Assembly: GCA_965217585.1 (NCBI GenBank)
Contig: OZ244561.1
Location: forward strand, 6,144,001-6,208,000
Source of the DNA: Candidatus Latescibacterota bacterium
GTDB taxonomy: Bacteria; Latescibacterota; UBA2968; UBA8231
Length of the DNA stretch: 64,000 bases
Direction: 5' to 3'
Shown: positions 9,253-18,537 of the stretch, piece after piece
How the letters are laid out: the number at the start of each line of letters is the position of its first letter
Numbering within the stretch: position 1 is the first letter of the stretch
Made by a program: the position numbers and the translations under genes
The notes under the pieces: generated by a model
What the model saw: only the letters and a program-made list of their open reading frames with translations
The model's database searches: none
Told to the model about the DNA's origin: nothing

Positions 9253-11835
9253 ATGAAGCGAATCTCAATGAATGGATTGAGCCTCATTCTCTATACCCTG
9301 CTACTCAGCGCCACGGTCTGGGCCCAGGGCTATCGCCTTGAGCCGAACCAGTTGGTCATCAGCGAGAGCGACTGGCCGGGGTGGAATTTCCCCGCAGGCA
9401 GTGTGGATTTTAGCGCCGAAGGGGTGCGGCCCCATTTTGTGCGGCGGCAGATCAATGCCGCGCTGAATGCGGGCGCTTTCAGTCGCGAGGACGTGACCGG
9501 GGGCATCCGACGGGCGGGGACCAATTTCGCCGGGGCCGCGCAGCTCATGGACGGTCTGGAAGAAACCTACTGGGAGCCGGAGCTGGCCGCGCCGTTGCGC
9601 GACTGGTGGGTCGAGGTGGATTTGGGCCGGGTGGTGTGGGCCGAGAAAGTGGTAGTGAAATTTGTCGCCGAAGGGGCGGGCGATCCGTTTTTGCAGTTCA
9701 AGGTGCTCACCTCCAATGGCGATGAAGCCTTCCAGGGTAGTGAGAGCCTGAACTACCGGGTGGCCGGTCGCAGCGAGGGGTTGAATAAGACGCAGCGGGT
9801 TTTCGAATATGCTCTGCGTCCTTTCAAGTCGGCGGATCCGGGTTTGAGTGGAGATCTGATCCAGTATGTGCAGATTGTGGCCACGGCCAGCGATGGCCGT
9901 CGTGGGGCGGAGGTCAGCGCGTCTGGTTGGGAGGGCTTGGCGGCGGCGGATCGGGGGGATGTGCTGTATTTCCGCCGGGAGTCGTCGGGGGTGGAGCGGG
10001 AGGTGGCGCAGGAGGAATACGAGACCATAAGCGATGCCCAGTTGCAGGGTCCGATCCGTTATTATCGTTCGGAGCGTCCTCGGTTGGCGGAAGTGGAGGT
10101 GTGGACGGTGGGGGAGAATATTGGTTTGGGCTGGAAGGAGCGCGGGGGGTCGATCGAGGGATTTGGGGAAGCGGGCGGACAATCCAATGCAGTCGACGGC
10201 GATTATACCACCGTCTGGAGTGCAGAAGCGGGATTTTCCACCAAGGGCTTGGGCGGTCGAGATGACGATTTCACTGTGTTGATCAAGAACCGGGATCGGG
10301 ACCTCTTATTGGACCTGGGCACCTGGTACTGGGTCGATCGCGCCTTTATCGTCTATGGCAGTGCCACATTCCCCAATTATGTGCTCAATTTTTCGGATGG
10401 CAGTCTGGCACCCGATGGCAGCCAGATCTTTACCTCCGTGGTTGCGCGCGGCAGAGACGATGTCACGCTTGGCAGCGAGGCCCGTGCGCCCGCCGGGTCG
10501 CTGCCGACGAACACGTTCATGCAGGACAATATCTTCTCCTCTATCAAGGGTCGCTTTTTCAGGTTCGACTATCGCGTCGTCACTACCGGGTTGATCCGTT
10601 CTGGTATAAAGGAGCTTCTGCTCTATGGCTCTGGTTTTCTGCCGCAGGTCACCCTGCAAACGCCAGCGATCGAGTTGGGAGATACCCCCCGCATCCTTTC
10701 CACCATCTCCTGGGAGGCCCAAACGCCGCCCGACACCCAGCTACAGATCCGCACCCGAACCGGGAACCGACTCACCGTGGACAAGCATTTCTACGACAAA
10801 CAGGGCGTTGAAGTGGACGAGGCGGCCTATCGCAAGATGCTGTCGTTTCTGCGCGGGGATTCGACGGTCGCCTTTGTGCCCGACGAGGCGGACTGGAGTC
10901 CGTGGAGCCAATTCTACGAGCAACCCGGCGTGGCCATCACCTCGCCCAGTCCGCGGCGCTATATAATGATTGAGGCTGGCCTGCTCTCGGACGATCCCAA
11001 CCAATCCGCGGTGTTGCGCAACCTGAATATTGGTCTGAGAGATCCATTGGCCCACCAAATTCTCGGTGAAGTAACGCCCCGCACAGCCCAACAAAGCGGT
11101 CAACCCGAGGAGTTCACTCTGTTGCTGACGATCCCGCCCAATGAGGAGGGTTCGTCGGGTTTGGGATTCGATCAGGTGCTCTTTGAAGTGCCCCCGAGCG
11201 CCGAAATGGAGTTGGTGGATGTGCGGATGGGCTTGGCCGCCGACCTGACGGCGGGGGGCGGTCAGGTGTATGGGGCGGACGAGCTGGAGGTAAAGGCCGG
11301 GTCTGATTCGTTGTGGGTGCTCCTGCCCGGGGTGGTGCAGTCGGCCGAGTCTCAGGTGGTGCTGCGATTTTCGAGTGTGTTTTATCTGGTGAGCAATGCG
11401 TTTCTGGTCTCGGTGGGTCTGGGGGAGGAGGCTGTGGTGTGGCAGCGGGTGGACGCGACGGCTTCGGGGGAGGGGCTGACGGTGCTGACGCCGGTGGTGG
11501 GTGGACTGTTAGGCGATCTGGAGGTTGTAGGGAATCCATTCACGCCGAACGGAGATGGCATCAACGATGCGGTGAAATTCGTCTTTCCCATATTTAAGAT
11601 GCCGGGTCAGACGGCGCTGGTATTGGCGGTCTACGGTCTCGATGGGGCGCTAGTGCACCGTTCGGCGCAGTCCGTAGCGCACGCCGCTGGTGTTCAGGAG
11701 GTGAGTTGGGACGGCCGGGACCGGGATGGAGTGCTGTTGCCGCCTGGCTTGTATATCTGCCGGGTGGGTCCAGAGGTGGACGCAGAGAGTATCGGCAAAT
11801 CTACAGTGACCACCGTCGTGGCCAGTGTGTACTGA
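9253..11835 (+). CDS. Secreted protein with two discoidin-like domains and C-terminal FlgD Ig-like domain
   Basis: Signal peptide …ATVWA|Q. Discoidin-like motifs MDG…TYW…WVEVDLG and AVDGDYTTVW…LDLG. C-terminus PFTPNGDGIND…WDGRD…LPPGLY. Confidence 0.85.
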   Translation: MKRISMNGLSLILYTLLLSATVWAQGYRLEPNQLVISESDWPGWNFPAGSVDFSAEGVRPHFVRRQINAALNAGAFSREDVTGGIRRAGTNFAGAAQLMDGLEETYWEPELAAPLRDWWVEVDLGRVVWAEKVVVKFVAEGAGDPFLQFKVLTSNGDEAFQGSESLNYRVAGRSEGLNKTQRVFEYALRPFKSADPGLSGDLIQYVQIVATASDGRRGAEVSASGWEGLAAADRGDVLYFRRESSGVEREVAQEEYETISDAQLQGPIRYYRSERPRLAEVEVWTVGENIGLGWKERGGSIEGFGEAGGQSNAVDGDYTTVWSAEAGFSTKGLGGRDDDFTVLIKNRDRDLLLDLGTWYWVDRAFIVYGSATFPNYVLNFSDGSLAPDGSQIFTSVVARGRDDVTLGSEARAPAGSLPTNTFMQDNIFSSIKGRFFRFDYRVVTTGLIRSGIKELLLYGSGFLPQVTLQTPAIELGDTPRILSTISWEAQTPPDTQLQIRTRTGNRLTVDKHFYDKQGVEVDEAAYRKMLSFLRGDSTVAFVPDEADWSPWSQFYEQPGVAITSPSPRRYIMIEAGLLSDDPNQSAVLRNLNIGLRDPLAHQILGEVTPRTAQQSGQPEEFTLLLTIPPNEEGSSGLGFDQVLFEVPPSAEMELVDVRMGLAADLTAGGGQVYGADELEVKAGSDSLWVLLPGVVQSAESQVVLRFSSVFYLVSNAFLVSVGLGEEAVVWQRVDATASGEGLTVLTPVVGGLLGDLEVVGNPFTPNGDGINDAVKFVFPIFKMPGQTALVLAVYGLDGALVHRSAQSVAHAAGVQEVSWDGRDRDGVLLPPGLYICRVGPEVDAESIGKSTVTTVVASVY

Positions 11836-11923
11836 GAGTCTAGCGCAAATTCCTCCCGGCGTTGCCGCTTTGAGCAAGGGCGACCATTAAAAGGAATCGT
11901 GTGGTTTCCTCGACAGGCACCTT

Positions 11924-13804
11924 TCAGTACGTGGCATACAAGACGCCGGTTTTTTCGACCTTTTCCCGGTCGGCATCAACCGAAACCCGATACAGGTAAA
12001 TCCCTGGCGGCACCAAGCCGCCGGCCTCGTCCCGACCATCCCACGCCCGCTCGTACTCGCCGATCCCATCCGCGCCCGAATACACTTGCCGCACTCGGCG
12101 ACCCGACAAGTCCCACACCTCCACCGTCACCTGCGCATTGCCCGTAATCTCCAAGACGTGATAGAAGATGCCTATCCCGTCGTTGCGGCCATCGCCATTG
12201 GGCGTAAAAATGGTCGGCTCGACTCGCACCTGCAACAGCCTCTGCTCCTGCGCGGCGGTGACCACCGACACCCGGTTGCCCTCGTATTTCGCCGTAGCGT
12301 CCCCCGCATTGACCCCCTGCGGCACCTCCAAAGGCTGGTCGCTGTCCGACACCTGCGCTGCAAAGATTGCTCCGTAGCGCAGCACCTGTGCGGCGAAGTC
12401 GACCTCGACTAGCGTTCCCGAGTCCTGCTCCTGGAGGCGTGGGAAACTGACCGCCAGCCGATGCGGCTCCTCGGCTTCCACTGTAAAGGCCACAGGCGCA
12501 TCGCCGATGCGCACTGCCTCCACCGCGCTGATAATCGAGGAGGTCTCGATTTCTAGCTGGTCAAAGCCGACATCGCCTGAGTGAATCGTCGGCCGCAACG
12601 CATAGGTGAAGGACGATTGTTGCCCTACTTTTGCTTCGACAGGCCAAACCTCGCCCACTAGGTTCGTCGCCACCGGCTCAGAGGCGCGCAACTCCACGAA
12701 ACCCACCCGGCCGCCGGCGTTTTCACGGGGCAGAAAATCGACTTTGAACTGGAAGTAGCGTCTGGGGCTCGTCGATACCACCGGAGTGCCGCTGCTGTCG
12801 GCAAAGTTATAGGGTGCCGACCAAAAGGTCCAGTGGTCGAGGTCGTGGGTGATGCCGGCCCGTTCATTGAGTTTGAGACCGTTGTAACCAGCGCGACTCA
12901 CCTCGGCTTTGCCGCCGCGGCCGGTAAAGCGCCAGAACACGTCCGCATCGTCGTCTAGGCCGCTACGGGTCTGGATGAGGACCTGGGCTCCGGGATCCTG
13001 AACCCCGGACCAGCACAGGTCTCCCCAGGCCATGGGCCGCTCGAAATCGATGACATCGGAAATATAGGTGGCCTGTTTGACGAACCCCTTGGCGTAGACT
13101 TCTATCTCGTTCACTTCCCAGTCCGTGTTGTGCTCGGCCAAGGCCACCTGGACAAACTCTACTGCCTCGTGCGATGGGATGGGAATGTCGAGGATTTGCT
13201 CCCGGTTGTCTCTCACTTCGATAATCCAGGGCGATTTCGGCGGAACGATGCCGTAGTTGACTATGGGTCGCGGGCCGATGTGGACGCGGAGGATGCCCAC
13301 GGTTCGGCCTGGGTCGGTAAACCCGGATATCACCCGAAGCCGGTCGATGTTGTAGAGACCGCCTAGGAAGATATTGGCCGTGCCCGCCCGACTGAAATCA
13401 TCGGTGCAGGCCCCGGATCTGATACTGTGTTCGGCGCACAGATACTTTTCCGCCAGCCAGAAAGTACCCGTATCACCATCCCACACTTCTCTATTTATAT
13501 TGGCCCTTAAATGTGCCCCTCCTTTTTCTTCGATTCCGGGTGCTATGTTGAAGTCTGGATTGCGTTTGAGGGGCTGGATACCGGCACTATCCACGTCCAA
13601 GTCGATGATTTCCCCATGAGGTTCGGCATCGAAATCCATCCAGCTCAACTGTCTGAAGTCCACCCCGTCACGGCCTTCCTCAGGAGGTTTGGGCCGATCT
13701 TCGCCGCCGAACCGGTAAATGGTCAGACCCGAGGCCGGGCCAACCCAAAAACCGATCACCCAAGAAAAAACCCAGAATAGAGAAAGGAAGCGTGCTACTT
13801 TCAT
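11924..13804 (-). CDS. Secreted discoidin-like domain protein with C-terminal FlgD Ig-like domain
   Basis: Signal peptide; WDGDTGTFW; FTPNGDGRND…WDLSGRRV…WDGRD…VPPGIY. Paralog of 3630 and 9253. Confidence 0.85.
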   Translation of the reverse strand: MKVARFLSLFWVFSWVIGFWVGPASGLTIYRFGGEDRPKPPEEGRDGVDFRQLSWMDFDAEPHGEIIDLDVDSAGIQPLKRNPDFNIAPGIEEKGGAHLRANINREVWDGDTGTFWLAEKYLCAEHSIRSGACTDDFSRAGTANIFLGGLYNIDRLRVISGFTDPGRTVGILRVHIGPRPIVNYGIVPPKSPWIIEVRDNREQILDIPIPSHEAVEFVQVALAEHNTDWEVNEIEVYAKGFVKQATYISDVIDFERPMAWGDLCWSGVQDPGAQVLIQTRSGLDDDADVFWRFTGRGGKAEVSRAGYNGLKLNERAGITHDLDHWTFWSAPYNFADSSGTPVVSTSPRRYFQFKVDFLPRENAGGRVGFVELRASEPVATNLVGEVWPVEAKVGQQSSFTYALRPTIHSGDVGFDQLEIETSSIISAVEAVRIGDAPVAFTVEAEEPHRLAVSFPRLQEQDSGTLVEVDFAAQVLRYGAIFAAQVSDSDQPLEVPQGVNAGDATAKYEGNRVSVVTAAQEQRLLQVRVEPTIFTPNGDGRNDGIGIFYHVLEITGNAQVTVEVWDLSGRRVRQVYSGADGIGEYERAWDGRDEAGGLVPPGIYLYRVSVDADREKVEKTGVLYATY

Positions 13805-14218
13805 CGACGTTCACCCCGCAAATTCGGGATAGTGCTCCGCTAGTCGCTGTAAGAAGCTATGTAAAATTCCCAATGTGTCCCGACCCGAGTGGAAAAGCGG
13901 CGGATATGAGGAGCGAGGGACGCGCAGCGCCCGGATCCCGAAAGATAGTGTTGCAAGGGCGTTGTGTCATCTTTTTCTGGCCGCTAGTTGGAGGTCCCAG
14001 TCGTTGAAACCGGCTTGTGGCGATGTAGAGGGTACCCGGCCGGTGCGCTCGCGTTCGGGCCGACGGGTAGGTTTTCGGATAGGCTGTTAGTATCTTTATC
14101 GTCAGTCGTCGGTGAAAATTCAACTTGCTGGCTCAGTGGCACGGGAGAGGTGCAATAGAGCGCCCTGGACCACACCAGCGCGCTGGGTTGTTTCTCATCA
14201 GTATCAGGGGAATCGATC

Positions 14219-15874
14219 GTGACGCGAATATCAGTCCTTGTTTTCTCGGTAGCGGCAACCATGTATTGGGCGTGCGGCACCGCAGAGCACCCGCCGGACC
14301 AAGCCCAAGAATCGCTGCCAGACCAACCTCCGCTCCTCGGCCGCATCGACTTTCCCACTTCCGGTACACCCGCGGCCCAAGAGGAGTTCGAATTGGGGGT
14401 GCTGGCGCTGCACAGCTTCTGGTACGAGGAGGCGCGCGACCACTTTCGCAAGGCGCGGGAACTGGACCCCAGTTTCGCCATGGCCTACTGGGGCGAGGCC
14501 ATGACGCACGACGCGCCTCTGCAGGGCCCCGGGGGCGTGCAGGATTCAAAGGCCGGCCAAGCGATTCTCGACCAGCTAAATGAACTGCAAGCGCAAGGAA
14601 AGCTGCAATGGACGGCGCGCGAGCAGGGATTCGTCGATGCACTGCGGCCGCTCTATCGCGAGCGGGGCAGTTCAAAGGGTCGCCGGGATTTTGCCGCGGC
14701 CATGGAGCAACTCGCCGCGCGCTACCCGGACGACGACGAAGTGGTCGTCTTCGCGGCATTGGCCCGCATGAGCGCCGCCCGGGTCCAAAGGGGATTCACT
14801 TGGGACGATTCCGCGTTTGTGGAGCCGCTCGCCGCCATTTTGGAGGAAGTGTACCAGCGCCGGCCGGAGCATCCCGGCGTGGTGCACTATCTCATCCACG
14901 TGTACGATTCGCGCACTTTCGCCCATAGGGGCTTGGACTTGGCCCGGTTCTATGCTCGCCTGGCACCGGCCTCGTCGCACGCGCTGCACATGCCGAGCCA
15001 CATTTTTCGCTGGCTCGGCATGTGGGCGGAGATGGCTGCTTCAAACGAGGATTCCTACGCGGCGACCGTGCAGTGGCAGGAGCGGACGGGGCGGCCCCTG
15101 TACAAGCGCGACTTCCACTCGCTCGACTGGCTGTTGGACGCCTATCTCAAGTTGGGCCGTTTGCAGGACGCGCAGGGCGTGCTTGATGAACTCGACGCTG
15201 TGGCGCGCGAAGCTCAGCGGCGGGGCGAGAAACTGGACCTTATTCCCTACAATAAGATTATGTTCAAAAGCCGCTACCAAAGGGTCGCGCTGGCCGTGGG
15301 CCGCACCGACGTGCGGCTGCCGGTCGCAGAGGAGGTCGATGTGGCCTCCATGCCGCCGGGCCAGGGCGCGCGCTTTATTGGCTATCGCGCCGCAGTGGCG
15401 GGGCAGGACTCGCTGTTTCGCCTCGCTGTCGAACGCGTGCGAGCCTACTCGCGCATACCGACTTTAAGGAGATTCGAGAATTATCTCCAAGCGGTGGCCC
15501 ACTACCTCGACTCCGTCCACGCCCGGGCGCGCGGCGAGGCCGCTGCCGCGCTGGAGTCGGCCCGCCGGGCCATGGAAGGGGAGCGACGGGAAAAAGCCCC
15601 GCCCGACATTTTGGGTAGTGAGCTGTATGCGGAACTGCTCCTAGAGCAGGGCCATGCCCAAAGGGCCCGCCCGTTGTTTGCCCAGCTTTTGGAGATGCGG
15701 CCGCGGGACCCGCTATACGTGCTCGGTCTGGCGCGGGCCGAAGCGGCCCTAGGCAGCGGGGGAGAAGCTGTGCGTTTTTATCGCGAACTCCTCGATATCT
15801 GGCGCGATGCCGATGCCGATTTACCCGCGCTCAAAGAGGCGCAGGATTACGTCCAGCAACACGGTGCTCAATGA
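14219..15874 (+). CDS. Tetratricopeptide-repeat lipoprotein
   Basis: Lipobox-like MYWAC. TPR-like LHSFWYEEARDHFRKARELDPSFAMAYWGEAM. His-rich motifs HPGVVHYLIH and HALHMPSHIF. Confidence 0.8.
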   Translation: MTRISVLVFSVAATMYWACGTAEHPPDQAQESLPDQPPLLGRIDFPTSGTPAAQEEFELGVLALHSFWYEEARDHFRKARELDPSFAMAYWGEAMTHDAPLQGPGGVQDSKAGQAILDQLNELQAQGKLQWTAREQGFVDALRPLYRERGSSKGRRDFAAAMEQLAARYPDDDEVVVFAALARMSAARVQRGFTWDDSAFVEPLAAILEEVYQRRPEHPGVVHYLIHVYDSRTFAHRGLDLARFYARLAPASSHALHMPSHIFRWLGMWAEMAASNEDSYAATVQWQERTGRPLYKRDFHSLDWLLDAYLKLGRLQDAQGVLDELDAVAREAQRRGEKLDLIPYNKIMFKSRYQRVALAVGRTDVRLPVAEEVDVASMPPGQGARFIGYRAAVAGQDSLFRLAVERVRAYSRIPTLRRFENYLQAVAHYLDSVHARARGEAAAALESARRAMEGERREKAPPDILGSELYAELLLEQGHAQRARPLFAQLLEMRPRDPLYVLGLARAEAALGSGGEAVRFYRELLDIWRDADADLPALKEAQDYVQQHGAQ

Positions 15875-15912
15875 GCCATTGACCCTCGCCCCGCGCGAGA
15901 GGGAGGAAGCAG

Positions 15913-18348
15913 ATGAATAGCTGGCAGAAAGCGCGTTGTATCGTCGCCTTGGGCATGGCCACGGCGACAGGCCCCAGCGCTGATACAGTGATAGAGCCGC
16001 TGGCGGGAACGAATCTGGCCTTGGGCAAGAGCGCGACTTTTTCTTTAGAGCCCAACTACAGCTTGTGTGCCGGGGGCGATGAGACCGATCTCTTCGATGG
16101 CGAGTTCTGGCAGCCCGGCGACACTGGCTTCTGGACCGACAAGGGAACGGTCGGCTGGCAATTCGGCCGCAAGCCCGGCGTCCTCATTTCGCTCGATCTC
16201 GGGGATGTTTACTCCATTGATGCCCTTGGTTTTGACACCACTTCTGGGGCGTCCCAAGTCACCTTTCCCGCGGCGCTCTTCGCCTATGTGTCCGACGACG
16301 GTCAGACCTGGCGCTATGTGGCCGATCTGATCAATGAGGCGATTCCCCAGGACCAGTACGTGCGCCATCGCTTTGTCGCTCGGGGTCTGAAAACCCGTGG
16401 ACGCCACCTCGCAATATACATCGCCAAGGGGGGCTTTTACGGATTCGTGGACGAAATTGAGGTGATGCAGGGCCGCGGCGACCCGGCGGCTGTTTCTTTC
16501 GCAGAGGCCGGAATCGACCAAGGCGCGATCGAAAGCGACGCTTTAAAGCGCGCCGAAGGTGCCGTGCAGAAGAATATCGACCTCTACTTTGTCCAGGCCG
16601 CCCGCGATCAGGTGATGTCCATGCAGGGAGCAGACACGGCCGCTATTCTGCGCCAACTTGAAACCTTGGAGCGCGTCGTTTTCACCGGCAGCGGTAGCGA
16701 AGAAGTGGATTACTCCAAGGGGCTGCCCCACACCGAGGTCGGTCGCAGAATTTGCGCGGCGATGGGTGCCTATTTCAGCCGCCGCGCCGACCGCGCCGCG
16801 ATCATCTGGCAGCCGACCGACTCGATGTGGTCGCACCGGACCAACCCGTTTGCGCGGCCGGTAAGCGCGGTCGCGCCCAGTTTGCACGCGGATATGATGA
16901 TCGGCGAGTACGAACCGGTCGCTTTCAACGTGTCGAACAATACCGACGAGCCGCTGACGGTACAGGTCGAAGTCGGCGCATTGAAGGGGGTTGGGGGAGA
17001 GGATATCTGGCCAGACGCGCAGATCACACGACATATTGCAACCCATGTCGTGGGCAGTGGATTCCTGTTTTTCGACGACGCCCTGCCTCCTCTCGAAGAC
17101 GATGGCGCAATCCTGCCGCCGGGCATGACGCGCCAAGTGTGGCTGGTGTTCCACTCGCGGGGCCTCGAGCCGCAACAGTACGAGGGCAAGGTCGCGGTCA
17201 CCGTCGGCGATGCGCACTTTGAGATTCCGCTCAGCGCTACGGTGTTTCCCGTGGAAATGCCAGCCGATCCGACGTATATCGCCCAGTCGTGGGGCTACTT
17301 CACCTGGACGCCGGCTCTGGGGTACGAGCAGCAGGCCGCCGTGGAACTTGAGCGCTGCTATGCCAACTCCCACGTGCTACACCACGCGTACATTCCCTGG
17401 CCCAAGGTCGATAAGGCGACTGGTGAGTTGGTCCGACCGATTGAGGTCGATTTCACCAAACTCGACGAGATGCTCGCGTACCGGCCCTACGTGAGGCAGT
17501 GGCTGCTGTGGACCGGTTTTGAATTCGGCTACATGGACCTCAATTACCACCGCGCGACTAAGGTGCCAAAGGTCGGCACTCCCGAACACGAATCCCTGTT
17601 CAAGGAGTGGGTGCGACAAATCCGCGACCACATGCAGGCGAGGGGCTATCCGACGGATAAATGGGCCTTTTACTGGGTCGATGAGCCCGGCGACAAGAGA
17701 TTTGTCGAGTACATTATTCCGTCGTCGAAATTCGCCAAGGAGGTCGATCCGACGATCCTCATTTGGGAGGATCATCAAATTTCGCTGGAGATGCTGGAAA
17801 AGCACCCCGATGCCATCGACATCCACTGCTGTCCGCTAAAGTACTATCGCCAACATCCCGAAATCCTCGCCCACGTGCTGGCGGAAGAACACGCCGGCTC
17901 CCAGTACGTCGTGGGAAGTGCCAAAGCCAGCGATCCCCACCAGTATTATCGCCTGCACCACATGGCTGCGGTCGAGTTGGGGTTGGACGGTGCTGGCATG
18001 TGGGTCTGGGGAGACGACGGCGGACAGTTCAACGACTACGCGGGCCGCTATCCCAGCTACGGCATGGTCTATGCCTCCGAGCACGGGCCGATCACCAGCA
18101 AGCGGCGGGAGGCCTGGCGCGAAGGCATCGAAGATGTCGAATTGTGGCGTCATCTGGGCAGCATCGCGGCAAAAACCGGCGATGCTGGTCTGGCACAACT
18201 CCACCGGGAAGGTCCGGCCCGCTTGGTCAACAGGCAGGATGGCCGGGCCGATTTGGTGCAGGTGGACCTACACAGCGGCACGCCCGGGGAATTGCTCGAG
18301 ATGCGGCTGGAGGTGCTGAAGGTCCTGGCTGAGGCCCTGGCAAAATAG
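15913..18348 (+). CDS. Secreted putative glycoside hydrolase: discoidin-like N-domain, TIM-barrel and DUF4091-like C-terminus
   Basis: NLALGK…LFDG…SLDLG (F5/8-like), a WVDEP motif, and C-terminal SKRREAWREGIEDVEL (DUF4091-like). Confidence 0.7.
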   Translation: MNSWQKARCIVALGMATATGPSADTVIEPLAGTNLALGKSATFSLEPNYSLCAGGDETDLFDGEFWQPGDTGFWTDKGTVGWQFGRKPGVLISLDLGDVYSIDALGFDTTSGASQVTFPAALFAYVSDDGQTWRYVADLINEAIPQDQYVRHRFVARGLKTRGRHLAIYIAKGGFYGFVDEIEVMQGRGDPAAVSFAEAGIDQGAIESDALKRAEGAVQKNIDLYFVQAARDQVMSMQGADTAAILRQLETLERVVFTGSGSEEVDYSKGLPHTEVGRRICAAMGAYFSRRADRAAIIWQPTDSMWSHRTNPFARPVSAVAPSLHADMMIGEYEPVAFNVSNNTDEPLTVQVEVGALKGVGGEDIWPDAQITRHIATHVVGSGFLFFDDALPPLEDDGAILPPGMTRQVWLVFHSRGLEPQQYEGKVAVTVGDAHFEIPLSATVFPVEMPADPTYIAQSWGYFTWTPALGYEQQAAVELERCYANSHVLHHAYIPWPKVDKATGELVRPIEVDFTKLDEMLAYRPYVRQWLLWTGFEFGYMDLNYHRATKVPKVGTPEHESLFKEWVRQIRDHMQARGYPTDKWAFYWVDEPGDKRFVEYIIPSSKFAKEVDPTILIWEDHQISLEMLEKHPDAIDIHCCPLKYYRQHPEILAHVLAEEHAGSQYVVGSAKASDPHQYYRLHHMAAVELGLDGAGMWVWGDDGGQFNDYAGRYPSYGMVYASEHGPITSKRREAWREGIEDVELWRHLGSIAAKTGDAGLAQLHREGPARLVNRQDGRADLVQVDLHSGTPGELLEMRLEVLKVLAEALAK

Positions 18349-18359
18349 AAAGGTTCGCT

Positions 18360-18494
18360 ATGATAACCGCCGAACAGGTGGCTCACTATCAAACGTTCGG
18401 CTTTCTGGCCCTGCGCGCAGCCTTCAAGCGCGACGAGATGGCCGCCATTGGTCGGACATTCGACGAGTTGCTCGACCAGGAACGCGAGGGGTGA
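18360..18494 (+). pseudogene. 5' stump of a phytanoyl-CoA dioxygenase (PhyH)-family gene
   Basis: GAAAGG RBS, then MITAEQVAHYQTFGFLALRAAFKRDEMAAIGRTFDELLDQEREG*, a typical PhyH N-terminus that stops after 44 aa. Confidence 0.7.
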
Positions 18495-18537
18495 CCTTTT
18501 GCGGGTGCCAAGCGACCTTAGAAGGGGAGGGCCGTCG

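Noticed and set aside
13805-14218. 414-bp intergenic region checked for riboswitch, tRNA or displaced gene ends
   Set aside because: No recognisable motif and no similarity to neighbouring gene ends was found by eye.
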